Counted from the stretch's first letter, positions 21,765 to 32,224 are shown. The stretch: DNA of 64,000 bases from Alphaproteobacteria bacterium (GCA_965205265.1 CBDBGH010000003.1:1632001-1696000); one strand, 5' to 3'. Numbers and translations are program-made. The notes: generated by a model from the letters alone, not told the origin.

Positions 21765-22310
21765 TCAGATGACGCCCCTCAGCTTGAGTTTGAGACCGAC
21801 CACTGCGTAGCGGTCGAGGCCGGTGATCTCCGCAATCTCGGAGAACGGCAGGCGCGTTTCGTTGAGCAGCACGGTCGCATGCTGGACGGGCTCCAGCCGC
21901 CGCCGGCTTCGCCACACGAAACCCTGCCCCGCCCGTCTGGCAGGAGGTTCTTCCTCTCGATCCAACCCCCGCCGGAGCGCGTCTTCCCAGGCGGCCCGGA
22001 AGCGGGCGCGGTCCTCGTCCGCCCGCCTTTCGCTTTCCCGGAAGGCATGCGCCCGCGCCGCCGCGCGCGCCCTCCGCATCCGCTCGAACGGGCTTTCCTC
22101 CCGGACGGGTTCCGGCTCGCCGCCCCCCCGCGCCGCTTCGGCGAGCGACATGCCGTGGCGCGCCGCCAGCCGCCGGGCCGCCGCCAGCGCCGCCTCGCGC
22201 TCGCCGTCATAGGAACTGCCGGCCGCCAGCGCCAGCAGGCTCCTGAAACGCGTCCGCTCCGCCTCTGCAAACCCGGTCTGGATCGAACCTCTCCCAAGGC
22301 GCGAAAGCAC
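21765..22310 (-). CDS. DUF2786-like domain protein
   Basis: RSLLALAAGSSYDGEREAALAAARRLAARHGM; possible HTH at C-terminus; start uncertain. Confidence 0.7.
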   Translation of the reverse strand: MLSRLGRGSIQTGFAEAERTRFRSLLALAAGSSYDGEREAALAAARRLAARHGMSLAEAARGGGEPEPVREESPFERMRRARAAARAHAFRESERRADEDRARFRAAWEDALRRGLDREEEPPARRAGQGFVWRSRRRLEPVQHATVLLNETRLPFSEIAEITGLDRYAVVGLKLKLRGVI

Positions 22311-22407
22311 AAGCCTACAATCCCGGCGCTGCGATGTTAAACCGGGAATCGGCGGCTATGGCATGCGGCGGATGGCGCTATGCTGGCGTTAATGGGAGGG
22401 AAGCGTC

Positions 22408-22599
22408 ATGGCGGGCGAGACATTCGGCTTTATCGGCCTCGGAAACATGGGCGGCCCGATGGCGCGCCATGCCGCCGCGGACGATGCCCCCTGCCCGACA
22501 ATCGTCCGCGCCTACGATACCGTCGCCGCCTTCGCGGACTCCGACCCGGCCCAGGACATGATCCGCATCTATCCCTTCGTGCGCGACGGGGCTTCCTGA
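22408..22599 (+). pseudogene. Internally deleted beta-hydroxyacid (3-hydroxyisobutyrate-type) dehydrogenase
   Basis: FGFIGLGNMGGPMA Rossmann start, good RBS (GGGAGG), but only 63 aa. Confidence 0.7.
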
Positions 22600-22678
22600 C
22601 CCATGCGCAATTTTGTGGCGCCGACCCTGCCCGTTCGCGGGTAAGGTCCAGCGTTTCCCCGTTCCGGCCGGCCCTGTG

Positions 22679-23866
22679 ATGCTCAACGATCCCGTCAAGC
22701 GCAATGTGCTGCTGCTGGCCGTCTGCCAGGCGCTCTATATCTCCGGCACGACCCTGATGATCGTGACCGCGCCGCTGGTCGGCAAGATGCTGCTGCCCGA
22801 GGACCCCGGCTGGGCGACCGCGCCGCTCTTCTTCCACCATGGCGGCGTGATGAGCGCGACGATCCCGGCGTCGCTGCTCATGCGCCGGATCGGGCGGCGC
22901 GCCGGATTCATGCTGGGCGCCGTGATCGGGTGCATCGGGGCGCTGATCGCCGTCGAGGCCATCTATGAACTCAGCTATTGGGGCTTCTGCCTCGGCGTGT
23001 TCGTGATCGGCTGGTTCAACGGATTCGCGATCTTCTACCGCTTCGCCGCCGCCGACACCGCAACGCCGGAATTCCGGCCCAAGGCGATTTCGCTGGTATT
23101 GGCCGGCGGGCTGCTGGCTGCGATCATCGGCCCGGAGCTCGCCAAGCACACTCTGGACTGGCTGGCGCCGGGCTTCTACGCCGGCAGCTATCTCTCGCTG
23201 GTCGGGCTCTATGTGCTTTCCTTCTGCATTCTGGCCTTCGTGCAGATCCCCAGGCTGAGCGTGGAAGAGCGCCGGGACACGGGCCGCCCGCTGAAAGAGA
23301 TCGTGCGCCAGCCCGCCTGCATCGTGGCCATGCTGGCGGCGGTCGCCAGCTATGCCACCATGTCGCTGGTGATGAGCCCGACGCCGCTGGCGATGGAAGC
23401 CTGCGGCTTCGATACGGACGACACCTTCACCGTCATGCAGGCGCATGTCGTCGGCATGTATCTGCCCACTTTCTTCACCGGCCATCTCGTGTCCCGGTTC
23501 GGGGCCCGGCCGATCATCCTCACGGGCATTGCGCTGATCGCCGTCTGCGCGGCCGTCAATCTGTCCGGCGTCGAGCTGATGCACTTCGCCGTGGCGCTGT
23601 TCCTGAACGGGGTTGGCTGGTGTTTCATGTTCGTCGGCGGCTCCGCCCTGCTGACCGAGGTTCACACGCCTGCCGAGCGCGCCAAGCTGCAGGGCGTCAA
23701 CGATTTCGTCGTCTTCGGCTCGATCGCCGTCTCGTCGCTCTTCTCCGGCCACATTCACCACGATCTCGGCTGGGACTGGATCAATATCGGCATCCTGCCG
23801 ATGATCGCCGTATCGCTGCTGGCGACATTGATTTTCGCAGGATCCCGAGGGCGGCGGGCCGCCTGA
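22679..23866 (+). CDS. MFS transporter
   Basis: [30 protein letters not shown]. Confidence 0.92.
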   Translation: MLNDPVKRNVLLLAVCQALYISGTTLMIVTAPLVGKMLLPEDPGWATAPLFFHHGGVMSATIPASLLMRRIGRRAGFMLGAVIGCIGALIAVEAIYELSYWGFCLGVFVIGWFNGFAIFYRFAAADTATPEFRPKAISLVLAGGLLAAIIGPELAKHTLDWLAPGFYAGSYLSLVGLYVLSFCILAFVQIPRLSVEERRDTGRPLKEIVRQPACIVAMLAAVASYATMSLVMSPTPLAMEACGFDTDDTFTVMQAHVVGMYLPTFFTGHLVSRFGARPIILTGIALIAVCAAVNLSGVELMHFAVALFLNGVGWCFMFVGGSALLTEVHTPAERAKLQGVNDFVVFGSIAVSSLFSGHIHHDLGWDWINIGILPMIAVSLLATLIFAGSRGRRAA

Positions 23867-23960
23867 GCCCCGCTCATGCGACAAATCGGGGCTTGAGGGA
23901 CACCCGCCCTTCCCTTACACGCGCCGGCGGCGCTTCCATCGACCCGAGGGGAACCGAGCC

Positions 23961-26069
23961 ATGTCGCCTGTCCTGATTTTCGTCGTCGTCTGCGGCCTCG
24001 CCGCACTGGTCTATGGCGTCGCCGCCTCGCGCTCCGTGCTCGCGGCGAGCCCCGGAAATGCGCGTATGCAGGAAATCGCGGCGGCGATCCAGGAGGGCGC
24101 GCGCGCCTATCTCAACCGTCAGTACCGGGCCATCGCCATCGTCGGCGTCGTCATCTTCGTCGTTCTGCTGCTGCTGCTCGGCGTTTACGAGGCGATCGGG
24201 TTCCTGATCGGCGCGGTCCTCTCAGGCGCCGCCGGCTATATCGGCATGAATGTCTCGGTGAAGGCGAATGTGCGCACGGCCGAGGCGGCGCGGCAGGGAC
24301 TCGCCCAGGGGTTGGCCGTCTCCTTCCGCTCGGGCGCGGTGACGGGGATGCTGGTGGCGGGCCTCGCTCTGCTCGGCGTCGGCGTCTATTACGCGATCCT
24401 CATTTCCGCGGGCGCGGAGGGGCGCGGACTGATCGACCCGCTGGTCGCACTCGGCTTCGGCGCGTCGCTCATTTCCATCTTCGCGCGCCTCGGCGGCGGC
24501 ATCTTCACCAAGGGCGCGGATGTGGGCGCGGACCTCGTCGGCAAGGTCGAGGCCGGCATCCCGGAAGACGACCCCCGCAACCCTGCCGTGATCGCCGACA
24601 ATGTGGGCGACAATGTGGGCGACTGCGCCGGCATGGCCGCCGACCTGTTCGAGACCTATGCGGTCACCGTCGTCGCCACCATGGTGCTGGCGTCCATCTT
24701 CTTCGCTGCCGACGCCGCGCTCGCGGGCACCGTCATGTCCTATCCGCTCGCCATCGGCGGCGTGTGCATCCTCGCTTCCATCGTCGGCACCTTCTTCGTC
24801 CGCCTCGGCGCCTCGCAGTCGATCATGGGCGCGCTCTACAAGGGCTTCATCGTCGCCGCGGTCATCTCGCTGGCCGGCATACTGGCGATGACCGCATGGA
24901 CGGTCGGCATGGGGCCCGTCGGCGAAAGCGGCTTCACGGGCACGCAGCTTTTCGTCTGCGGAGCCATCGGCCTCGTCGTCACCGGCCTCATCATCTGGGT
25001 GACGGAATACTACACCGGCACCGAATACCGCCCGGTCCGCTCGGTCGCCCAGGCTTCGACCACCGGCCACGGCACCAATGTCATCCAGGGCCTGGCGGTC
25101 TCGATGGAAGCCTGCGCACTGCCCGCCGTCATCATCTGCGTCGCCATCATCGCCTGCTACCAGCTTGCGGGCCTGTTCGGCATCGCCATCGCGGTCACGG
25201 CCATGCTGGCGCTTGCCGGCATGGTGGTCGCGCTCGACGCCTACGGCCCCGTCACCGACAATGCCGGCGGCATCGCCGAAATGGCGGAGCTCGAGGAGGA
25301 CGTGCGCGACACGACCGACCGGCTGGACGCGGTCGGCAACACCACCAAGGCGGTCACCAAGGGCTACGCCATCGGCTCGGCGGGGCTCGGCGCGCTGGTG
25401 CTGTTCGCGGCCTATACGGAGGACATCAAGTTCTTCAGCGCCGCCGGCGACGCCTACCCCTTCTTCGCCGGCATCGCGGACGAGGTGACCTTCTCGCTCT
25501 CCGACCCCTATGTCGTGATCGGGCTGTTCGTCGGCGGGCTCCTGCCCTTCCTGTTCGGCGCGATGGGCATGATGGCGGTCGGGCGCGCGGGCGGCGCCGT
25601 GGTCGAGGAGGTGCGCCGCCAGTTCCGGGAGATTCCGGGCATCATGGAAGGCACAGCAAAGCCCGAATACGGCCCCTGTGTGGACATGCTGACGCGCGCG
25701 GCGATCAAGGAGATGATCGTGCCGTCCATGCTGCCGGTGCTCTCGCCCATCGCGCTCTTCCTGCTGGTCTGGCTGGTCGCCGGCAAGGCGGCGGCGCTCA
25801 CCTCCGTCGGCGCGATGCTGCTCGGCGTCATCGTCACCGGCATCTTCGTCGCCATCTCGATGACCGCCGGCGGCGGCGCCTGGGACAACGCCAAGAAATA
25901 CATCGAGGACGGCCATCACGGCGGCAAGGGCTCGGAAGCCCACAAGGCGGCGGTGACGGGCGACACCGTCGGCGACCCCTACAAGGACACCGCCGGCCCC
26001 GCCGTCAACCCGATGATCAAGATCACCAACATCGTGGCGCTCCTGCTGCTGGCCGTACTCGCCCACTGA
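23961..26069 (+). CDS. hppA: Membrane-bound H+-translocating pyrophosphatase (K+-independent type)
   Basis: [36 protein letters not shown]. Confidence 0.97.
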   Translation: MSPVLIFVVVCGLAALVYGVAASRSVLAASPGNARMQEIAAAIQEGARAYLNRQYRAIAIVGVVIFVVLLLLLGVYEAIGFLIGAVLSGAAGYIGMNVSVKANVRTAEAARQGLAQGLAVSFRSGAVTGMLVAGLALLGVGVYYAILISAGAEGRGLIDPLVALGFGASLISIFARLGGGIFTKGADVGADLVGKVEAGIPEDDPRNPAVIADNVGDNVGDCAGMAADLFETYAVTVVATMVLASIFFAADAALAGTVMSYPLAIGGVCILASIVGTFFVRLGASQSIMGALYKGFIVAAVISLAGILAMTAWTVGMGPVGESGFTGTQLFVCGAIGLVVTGLIIWVTEYYTGTEYRPVRSVAQASTTGHGTNVIQGLAVSMEACALPAVIICVAIIACYQLAGLFGIAIAVTAMLALAGMVVALDAYGPVTDNAGGIAEMAELEEDVRDTTDRLDAVGNTTKAVTKGYAIGSAGLGALVLFAAYTEDIKFFSAAGDAYPFFAGIADEVTFSLSDPYVVIGLFVGGLLPFLFGAMGMMAVGRAGGAVVEEVRRQFREIPGIMEGTAKPEYGPCVDMLTRAAIKEMIVPSMLPVLSPIALFLLVWLVAGKAAALTSVGAMLLGVIVTGIFVAISMTAGGGAWDNAKKYIEDGHHGGKGSEAHKAAVTGDTVGDPYKDTAGPAVNPMIKITNIVALLLLAVLAH

Positions 26070-26097
26070 CGGGCCGGCCCGGCAGGCCCCCATAATC

Positions 26098-26179
26098 GTC
26101 ATGCCCGGACTTGTTCCGGGCATCCATTTCCGCCACCGCGATGGTCCCGAGAGATGCCCGGAACAAGTCCGGGCATGAC
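26098..26179. repeat. Intact REP doublet (inverted pair)
   Basis: GTCATGCCCGGACTTGTTCCGGGCATC...GATGCCCGGAACAAGTCCGGGCATGAC. Confidence 0.9.
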
Positions 26180-26282
26180 GGGAAAGGAGTGAAGACGCCC
26201 GGTTTCGCCTCGGCCGAACACTTCAAAACCCGGTCGAATCCCGGCTAGGCTGACGGCCGCCCCCCCGACGGACCCGTCTTTC

Positions 26283-27836
26283 ATGCAGGCCGATACGGTC
26301 GACGACCTTTTCCGCCGTTTCGGCCCGAATTACCGCTGGTTCGTGACCTTCTCGGGTCTGGTCGGCGGCTTTTCGATGGTACTGTCGGCCACCATCGTCA
26401 ATGTCGCCGTGCCGGAGGTCATGGGCGCGTTCGGCGTCGGCCAGGACCGGGCGCAGTGGATGGCGACGGCCTTCCTCGCGACGATGACCGCAAGCCAGCT
26501 GCTCAACGCCTGGATCATGGACGCCTTCGGCCAGAGGCTCGGCTTCGCGCTGACGCTCGCGGTCTTCATGGCCGGCGCGCTGATGAGCGCGACCGCCACC
26601 TCGATGGACATGCTCATCCTCGGCCGCGTCCTGCAGGGCGTGGCGGCGGGCATCGTCATGCCGATGACGATGGTGACCATCTTCACCGTCTTCCCGCCGG
26701 AGCGCCGGGGCATGGCGATGGGCATATACGGCGCGGGCGTGGTGCTGGCGCCGGCGCTCGGACCCGCGGTCGGCGGCATCGCCATCGACACGCTTTCCTG
26801 GCGGGCCATGTTCCTGCTGCCGCTTCCCTTCTGCGGCCTCGCACTGGCCGCGGGCATGGTCTTCATGCCCTCCAAGGGGCGCATCGGCAGGCTGCCGCCC
26901 TTCGACTGGTTCGGCTTCGTGTTCCTGGGCGCGGCGCTCTTCCTGCTGATGACGGCCGCAGCGTCCGGGCCGCGCGAGGGCTGGCTCTCCGACCATATCC
27001 TGCTCTACGCCGTGCTCGGGACCGTCGCGGCGGCAGCCTTCGTCACCATCCAGATCAGGAGCCGGGCGCCACTGCTCGATGTGTCGCTCTTCCGCCACCG
27101 CGCCTTCACGGCGGCGGTCATCGTCGCCTTCGTGTTCGGCGTCGGGAATTTCGCGTCCAGCTATGTCATTCCGGTATTCGTCCAGCAGGTCCAGAGCTTT
27201 ACGGCGACCAAGGCCGGCCTGCTGCTCATGCCCGCCGGGCTGCTCCTGTTCTTCGCGCTGCCGCTCACCGGGCGCGCGGCCGACCGCCTGCCCGACCACA
27301 TCCCGATCCTGGCCGGGCTCGGCTGCTTCGCGTTCGGCACCTTCCTGATGGCGACGGCCGACGCCAATACCGGCTTCTGGGCCTTCGCCATATTCACCAT
27401 GATCAGCCGGGTCGGCATGTCCTTCATCATGCCGGCGCTCTCGGCCTCGGCCCTTCGCGCGTTGCCCAACGACAAGCTGGCGCAGGGGTCGGGCGCGATG
27501 AATTTCATCCGCCAGCTCGGCGGCGCGTCGGGCACCAACCTGATCGTCGTCTGGCTGCAATTGCGCACGCACTGGCACGCGGAATCGCTCGCCGCCACCC
27601 AGACCGCGGCCAACACCGCGAGCCGGGGCTTCCTCGAAACCGTCGCCGACCGGCTCGGCATTGCGGGCCTGCCGGACCCCGCCCGGCTCGGCGCGGCGCT
27701 CGACTATCTGGGACAGGTCGTCCATGCGCAGGCGCTGGCCTTCGGCTTCCGGGACTGCTTCCTCGCGCTCGGCATCGTCTTCGTGCTGGCGATGCTGCCC
27801 GCCCTCAATCTGGCGCGCCTCCCCCGCAGGGAGTAG
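26283..27836 (+). CDS. DHA2/EmrB family efflux MFS permease
   Basis: TIVNVAVP, GRVLQG, APALGPAVGG, RQLGGA. Confidence 0.92.
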   Translation: MQADTVDDLFRRFGPNYRWFVTFSGLVGGFSMVLSATIVNVAVPEVMGAFGVGQDRAQWMATAFLATMTASQLLNAWIMDAFGQRLGFALTLAVFMAGALMSATATSMDMLILGRVLQGVAAGIVMPMTMVTIFTVFPPERRGMAMGIYGAGVVLAPALGPAVGGIAIDTLSWRAMFLLPLPFCGLALAAGMVFMPSKGRIGRLPPFDWFGFVFLGAALFLLMTAAASGPREGWLSDHILLYAVLGTVAAAAFVTIQIRSRAPLLDVSLFRHRAFTAAVIVAFVFGVGNFASSYVIPVFVQQVQSFTATKAGLLLMPAGLLLFFALPLTGRAADRLPDHIPILAGLGCFAFGTFLMATADANTGFWAFAIFTMISRVGMSFIMPALSASALRALPNDKLAQGSGAMNFIRQLGGASGTNLIVVWLQLRTHWHAESLAATQTAANTASRGFLETVADRLGIAGLPDPARLGAALDYLGQVVHAQALAFGFRDCFLALGIVFVLAMLPALNLARLPRRE

Positions 27837-27849
27837 TCTCCGCCCCCGT

Positions 27850-27936
27850 GGCCGCTTGCTGGAATCGGTAGACAGACCGGACTTAAAATCCGTGGGGCGC
27901 ATGCCCGTGAGGGTTCGAGTCCCTCAGCGGCCACCA
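27850..27936 (+). tRNA. tRNA-Leu (TAA)
   Basis: GGCCGCT/AGCGGCC acceptor stem, CTTAAAA loop, long variable arm, GTTCGA, CCA. Confidence 0.92.
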
Positions 27937-27950
27937 GCCCCCGCCACAGC

Positions 27951-28403
27951 TCACGGATAGAAGACGATCAGCCCCTCGCCGACCATGGCCGGGCGGTCGG
28001 TTCCCTCGATCTCGATGGTGTTGTCCACCACGCAGCGCACGCCGCCGCCCTTGACCGGCTCCGTGGACGCCAGGCTCTGGCGCAGGCGGACCCGGGAGCC
28101 CGCCGGCACCGTGTTGGTGAAGCGCACCCGGTTGAGCCCGTAATTGATCGCGCGGCTGGCGCCCGGCACCGAGAACACCATCAGCCCGGCAGTGAGCGAG
28201 AGCGTGAGGAAGCCGTGGGCGATGGTCTTGCCGCCCGGCATGTCCGTCTTCGCGCGCTCCGTGTCGAGATGTATCCACTGGCGGTCCTCGGTCGCCTCGG
28301 CAAAGCCGTCGATCCGGCCCTGATCGACGGCGATCCAGTCGCTGACCCCGAGTTCCTTGCCGACCCAGCCCTCCAGCTCGGCGAGCGTTGCGATCTCCAC
28401 CAC
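27951..28403 (-). CDS. MaoC family dehydratase
   Basis: FAEATEDRQWIH, TIAHGFLTLSL, NYGLNRVRF. Confidence 0.93.
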   Translation of the reverse strand: MVEIATLAELEGWVGKELGVSDWIAVDQGRIDGFAEATEDRQWIHLDTERAKTDMPGGKTIAHGFLTLSLTAGLMVFSVPGASRAINYGLNRVRFTNTVPAGSRVRLRQSLASTEPVKGGGVRCVVDNTIEIEGTDRPAMVGEGLIVFYP

Positions 28404-28450
28404 GAGCACGGCCCTCCTCTCAAACCGGGCCGACCCTAGCCGATAAGCGC

Positions 28451-28906
28451 TCAGTTGGACAGTTCGGCCAGGATGCGCGGCCAGTGCCCGTCGGCGGATG
28501 CGATGTGGCCGGGAATGTCCTTCTCCCAGTTCTTCTGCACCGACTTGGAGTAGTTGAGGTAGAGCCTGCCGTCCACGACCTTCCACGCCTTGGGGTCGAT
28601 GGGCGCGGTATAGCCCTGCGAGACGGCCCAGGCGCAGTAGCCTCCGTATTGCGGCGCATAGCGTTCCGGATCGGCCTCGAAGGCATCGCGGTTGGCCGCG
28701 TTTGCGAAGCGCCACTTGGCGCCGTTCCACTCCACTTCGTGGCGCGACTTGCCCTTCACCGGCTCGCCGGCCTCGAAATAGGCGACAGGGTCGTAGCCGT
28801 GGATGGCGGCGCCGCTGCGCTGGAACACGGGCTCCTTCGCCGCCGCAAAGCCGGCCAGCAGGACGATCAGCGAGGTTGCCGCAAGACGTGTGAAGACGGT
28901 TCGCAT
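28451..28906 (-). CDS. Exported YHS-domain protein
   Basis: Signal peptide, GYDPVAYF, YAPQYGGYCAW. Confidence 0.92.
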   Translation of the reverse strand: MRTVFTRLAATSLIVLLAGFAAAKEPVFQRSGAAIHGYDPVAYFEAGEPVKGKSRHEVEWNGAKWRFANAANRDAFEADPERYAPQYGGYCAWAVSQGYTAPIDPKAWKVVDGRLYLNYSKSVQKNWEKDIPGHIASADGHWPRILAELSN

Positions 28907-28969
28907 TGGATGGTCCTCCACATGGGTTTGCTGCCGGGAAAGATCGGTCCCGCCCCCGGCATCGGCGAA

Positions 28970-29464
28970 TCACGATACGGTGAACGGCTCCTTGACGAAA
29001 TGGAACTCCGTCGTGTTCGACAGGTCGCGCAGCTCGCGGGTCCTGCCGGTCCGCCGGTAGCCGAGCGCCTCGTAGAAGGCATGCGCCTCCAGGAAGCGCG
29101 TGTCGGACCAGAGCTCCACGAAGCGGCTGCCCCGCCGCCTTGCCGCCGCTTCGGTCATGCCGACCAGCCGCCGGGCAAGCCCCTGCCGGCGTATCTCGGC
29201 CAGAACGTAGAGCTTGTGCAGCTCGGTGCCCGCGGGGTCGGCCGCAGGCGCCCAGCCGCCGCCGGCCGCGATACGACCGCCGGCATCTTCCGCAACCCAG
29301 TATTCGCCGCCGAGCGCGTCGAAATGACTCCGCATGGCGCGCAGCTGCGGCTCCTCGGCATCCACGTCGAGGATGCAGCCCTCATAGGCGGACCAGCAGG
29401 CATCGATCAGGCGGATCAGCCCCTCCGCATCGCTGTCGCGGACCGGGCGGATGGTGGCGTTCAC
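28970..29464 (-). CDS. GNAT family N-acetyltransferase
   Basis: LHKLYV..RRQGLA, WSDTRF..AH.FYE. Confidence 0.9.
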   Translation of the reverse strand: MNATIRPVRDSDAEGLIRLIDACWSAYEGCILDVDAEEPQLRAMRSHFDALGGEYWVAEDAGGRIAAGGGWAPAADPAGTELHKLYVLAEIRRQGLARRLVGMTEAAARRRGSRFVELWSDTRFLEAHAFYEALGYRRTGRTRELRDLSNTTEFHFVKEPFTVS

Positions 29465-30840
29465 AGCAGCACCGCGGCGGCAAGGCCCAGAAAGGCGAAG
29501 AAGCCGACGACATCGGTCACGGTCGTCAGCACCACGGAAGACGCGATGGCCGGGTCGATCCGCATCCGGTCGAGCGCGAGCGGGATGGCGACGCCGGAAA
29601 GGCCTGCGACCAGCAGGTTGACCGCCATCGCCGCCGCAATCACCGCGCCCAGCTGCCAGTTGCCGAACCAGGCGAAAGTCAGCGCCGCCGCGATTGCCGC
29701 GAACAGCATGCCGCTGAACCCGCCGACCAGCACTTCCTTGAAGACGATGCGCATGGCGTTGGTGGCCGAGAGCTCCCTGGTCGCGAGCGCGCGGACGGCC
29801 ACGGTCAATGTCTGCGTGCCGGCATTGCCGCCCATCGAGGCGACGATCGGCATCAGCACGGCCAGCGCGACAATGGCCTCGATGGTGGCCTCGAACTGCG
29901 CGATGACGACGGAGGCGAGCACCGCCGTGCCGAGATTGACAAGCAGCCAGGGAAAGCGCTTCGCCGTCGTGGCGGCCGCGGCGTGGTAGAGGTCGTCCTC
30001 ATAGACGCCGCCGAGCTTCAGAATGTCGTCCTCGTGCTCCTCGTCCATGACATCGACCATGTCGTCGATGGTGAGCACGCCCGCGAGCCGGCCGGTATCA
30101 TCGACCACCGGGGCGGAGGTCAGGTCCTGCTGGCGGAAGAGGAATGCCGCCTCCTCCTGGTCCATGCCGACCGGCAGCACCACCGGCTCGCCGTCCATGA
30201 TCTCCGCCAGCCCGACCGGCCGGCGGTTGCGCAGGATGCGCGAGAGCGGGAGGCTTCCGACCGGGCGGTGGCGCGGGTCCACGACGAAGATGTCGAAGAA
30301 GGTGTCCGGCAGGGAGGCGTCCGCGCGCAGATAGTCTATGGTCTCGCCGACGGTCCAGTAGGCGGGCACGACGACCGTCGCCCGCTGCATGAGCCGCCCG
30401 ACCGTGTCCTCTTCGAAGGTCAACGCCTGTTCGACCGCCAGGCGGTCCGCCTGCGGCAGGCGGGCCAGAATTTCCCGGCGGGTCTCCTCGTCGAGATCGG
30501 CGACGACTTCCACGGCGTCGTCGTCGTCGAGCCGGGCGACGGCCTGCGCAAGCTCCTGCGGCGCCATCTGCTCCACGACTTCGCCGCGCACCGTCTCGTC
30601 GAGCTCCGCAAGGATGTCGGGGTCGAGCGCGCCGCGCAGCGCTTCGAGCACAGCGGAGCGCTCGTCCGGCGCTATGCGCTCCAGAAGGTCCGCGACATCG
30701 GCGGCGTGGAGGGGAGCAAGCCGGACGCGGACAGTCTCGGCGTCGCCCGCCTCGAGGATATGCCGGACCAGATCCGGCGTCAGCGCCAGGGCCTCGTCCG
30801 CCCGGTCATCGGCGCGCGGGACCGTATGGGGCTCAGCCAT
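29461..30840 (-). CDS. mgtE: Magnesium transporter MgtE
   Basis: CBS domains, MPIVASMGGNAGTQ, DPAIAS..TTVTD. Confidence 0.97.
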   Translation of the reverse strand: MAEPHTVPRADDRADEALALTPDLVRHILEAGDAETVRVRLAPLHAADVADLLERIAPDERSAVLEALRGALDPDILAELDETVRGEVVEQMAPQELAQAVARLDDDDAVEVVADLDEETRREILARLPQADRLAVEQALTFEEDTVGRLMQRATVVVPAYWTVGETIDYLRADASLPDTFFDIFVVDPRHRPVGSLPLSRILRNRRPVGLAEIMDGEPVVLPVGMDQEEAAFLFRQQDLTSAPVVDDTGRLAGVLTIDDMVDVMDEEHEDDILKLGGVYEDDLYHAAAATTAKRFPWLLVNLGTAVLASVVIAQFEATIEAIVALAVLMPIVASMGGNAGTQTLTVAVRALATRELSATNAMRIVFKEVLVGGFSGMLFAAIAAALTFAWFGNWQLGAVIAAAMAVNLLVAGLSGVAIPLALDRMRIDPAIASSVVLTTVTDVVGFFAFLGLAAAVLL

Positions 30841-30867
30841 CGTATCCCTCCGCGCATGTTGGGCTCA

Positions 30868-30954
30868 TGGTGCGGTCGAGAAGACTCGAACTTCCACGGG
30901 GTTGCCCCCACAGCGACCTCAACGCTGCGCGTCTACCAATTCCGCCACGACCGC
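30868..30954 (-). tRNA. tRNA-Leu (GAG)
   Basis: Reverse complement GCGGTCGTGGCGGAATTGGTAGACGCGCAGCGTTGAGGTCGCTG...CGACCGCACCA. Confidence 0.97.
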
Positions 30955-31011
30955 ATCTTGGAGACGCGCTAGACTGCCCGTCTCAAGGCGGAGGCGGGAT
31001 AGCAAATCGCG

Positions 31012-31665
31012 ATGGCGCTTTCAAGACCGGTGGAATGGCGCATCGACGAGGGGCCCATCGGCTATGAGACGGCGGTCGCGGCCATGGAAGAGCGGGTCCG
31101 CGCCATCCGGCAGGACGGGTCGCCGGAGCTCGTCTGGCTGCTGGAGCATCCGCCGCTCTACACGGCCGGCACCTCAGCCGACCCGGCGGAACTGCTGGCG
31201 CCGGACCGTTTCCCGGTGTTCAGGACGGGCCGTGGCGGGCGCTACACCTATCACGGACCGGGCCAGCGCATCGCCTACGCCATGATCGACCTCCAGGCGC
31301 GCGGACTCGGCGTGCGCGACTATGTGTGCGGCCTGGAAGAGTGGCTGATCCGGACAGTGGCGCGCTTCGGCCTGGTCGGCGAGCGGCGCGAGGGGCGCAT
31401 CGGCGTCTGGGTCCGCCGCGGCGGTGCGGAGCGCAAGATCGCGGCGCTCGGCGTGCGTGTGCGCCGCTGGGTCGCGTTCCACGGCGTCGCGCTCAATGTC
31501 GAGCCCGATCTCGGGCATTTCGACGGCATCGTGCCCTGCGGAATCGAGGGCTTCGACATCACCTCGCTCGCGGCCGAAGGCATCACCGCCTCCATGCCTG
31601 AGGTGGACTCGGCGCTCCGGGCCTGCTTCGAGGAGGTGTTCGGGGAGGCGCCCCACCCTCTTTAG
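31012..31665 (+). CDS. lipB: Lipoyl(octanoyl) transferase
   Basis: [33 protein letters not shown]. Confidence 0.97.
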   Translation: MALSRPVEWRIDEGPIGYETAVAAMEERVRAIRQDGSPELVWLLEHPPLYTAGTSADPAELLAPDRFPVFRTGRGGRYTYHGPGQRIAYAMIDLQARGLGVRDYVCGLEEWLIRTVARFGLVGERREGRIGVWVRRGGAERKIAALGVRVRRWVAFHGVALNVEPDLGHFDGIVPCGIEGFDITSLAAEGITASMPEVDSALRACFEEVFGEAPHPL

Positions 31666-31669
31666 GCGG

Positions 31670-32086
31670 TCAGCGCTTCTTCTCCAGCCGGAAGCGCGTG
31701 TGGCACTGCTTGCAGATGTCCGCAAGCTGCCTTGCCGCCTCGCGGGGCGCGTCCGCATTCGAGGCCAATCCGCGGGCGGCGAAGGCAAGCTTCGCCGCCA
31801 ACGCATCGAATGCCGCCCGGTCGGCAGAGATCGCCGGCAGGGCTTCCGAGGGGTGGTGGAAGCTGCCGTCCGGAAACAGCTTCGGAATCTTCGCCGCATG
31901 CCCGGCAATCCGCATCGCGGCGTCCCGAACCGCATCGGGCTCGGAACGCCGGATCGCGTCCCGGATGGCCTTCGTCGCGCGTCCGATATCGACCATGGCG
32001 TCCATGCGCTGCTTGACGATGCCCGTGGCGCCGCCATGGGCGGTGAGCAGGAAACCGGCGAGCAGGAGGATGGCCGTTCGCTTCAT
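31670..32086 (-). CDS. Class II cytochrome c (c'/c556)
   Basis: Signal peptide and C-terminal CKQCH. Confidence 0.9.
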   Translation of the reverse strand: MKRTAILLLAGFLLTAHGGATGIVKQRMDAMVDIGRATKAIRDAIRRSEPDAVRDAAMRIAGHAAKIPKLFPDGSFHHPSEALPAISADRAAFDALAAKLAFAARGLASNADAPREAARQLADICKQCHTRFRLEKKR

Positions 32087-32109
32087 TGCCGCAGCATCTG
32101 CCGGTCCCG

Positions 32110-32138
32110 TTGACGGCGCAAGCGTCCGGGCCTAAAAG
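32110..32138 (+). promoter_or_regulatory. Sigma70-like promoter of tRNA-Met
   Basis: TTGACG-N17-TAAAAG ending 11 bp before the tRNA. Confidence 0.55.
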
Positions 32139-32149
32139 GCCGCTCCTTC

Positions 32150-32224
32150 GGCGGGGTAGCTCAGCGGTAGAGCAGGGGAATCATAATCCCTTGGTCGGGG
32201 GTTCAAATCCCTCCCCCGCTACCA
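32150..32224 (+). tRNA. tRNA-Met (CAT, elongator-like)
   Basis: GGCGGGGTAGCTCAG...ATCATAAT...GGTTCAAATCC...CCCCGCTACCA. Confidence 0.95.

Noticed and set aside
24222-26123. Long antisense ORFs (also 6672-8954, 17328-19112, 33795-35729, 40452-42098)
   Set aside because: Expected shadows of GC3-rich genes, with no recognisable domains
28451-28906. Selenocysteine in the YHS-domain protein
   Set aside because: The GGYC position is a normal Cys codon and there is no in-frame TGA
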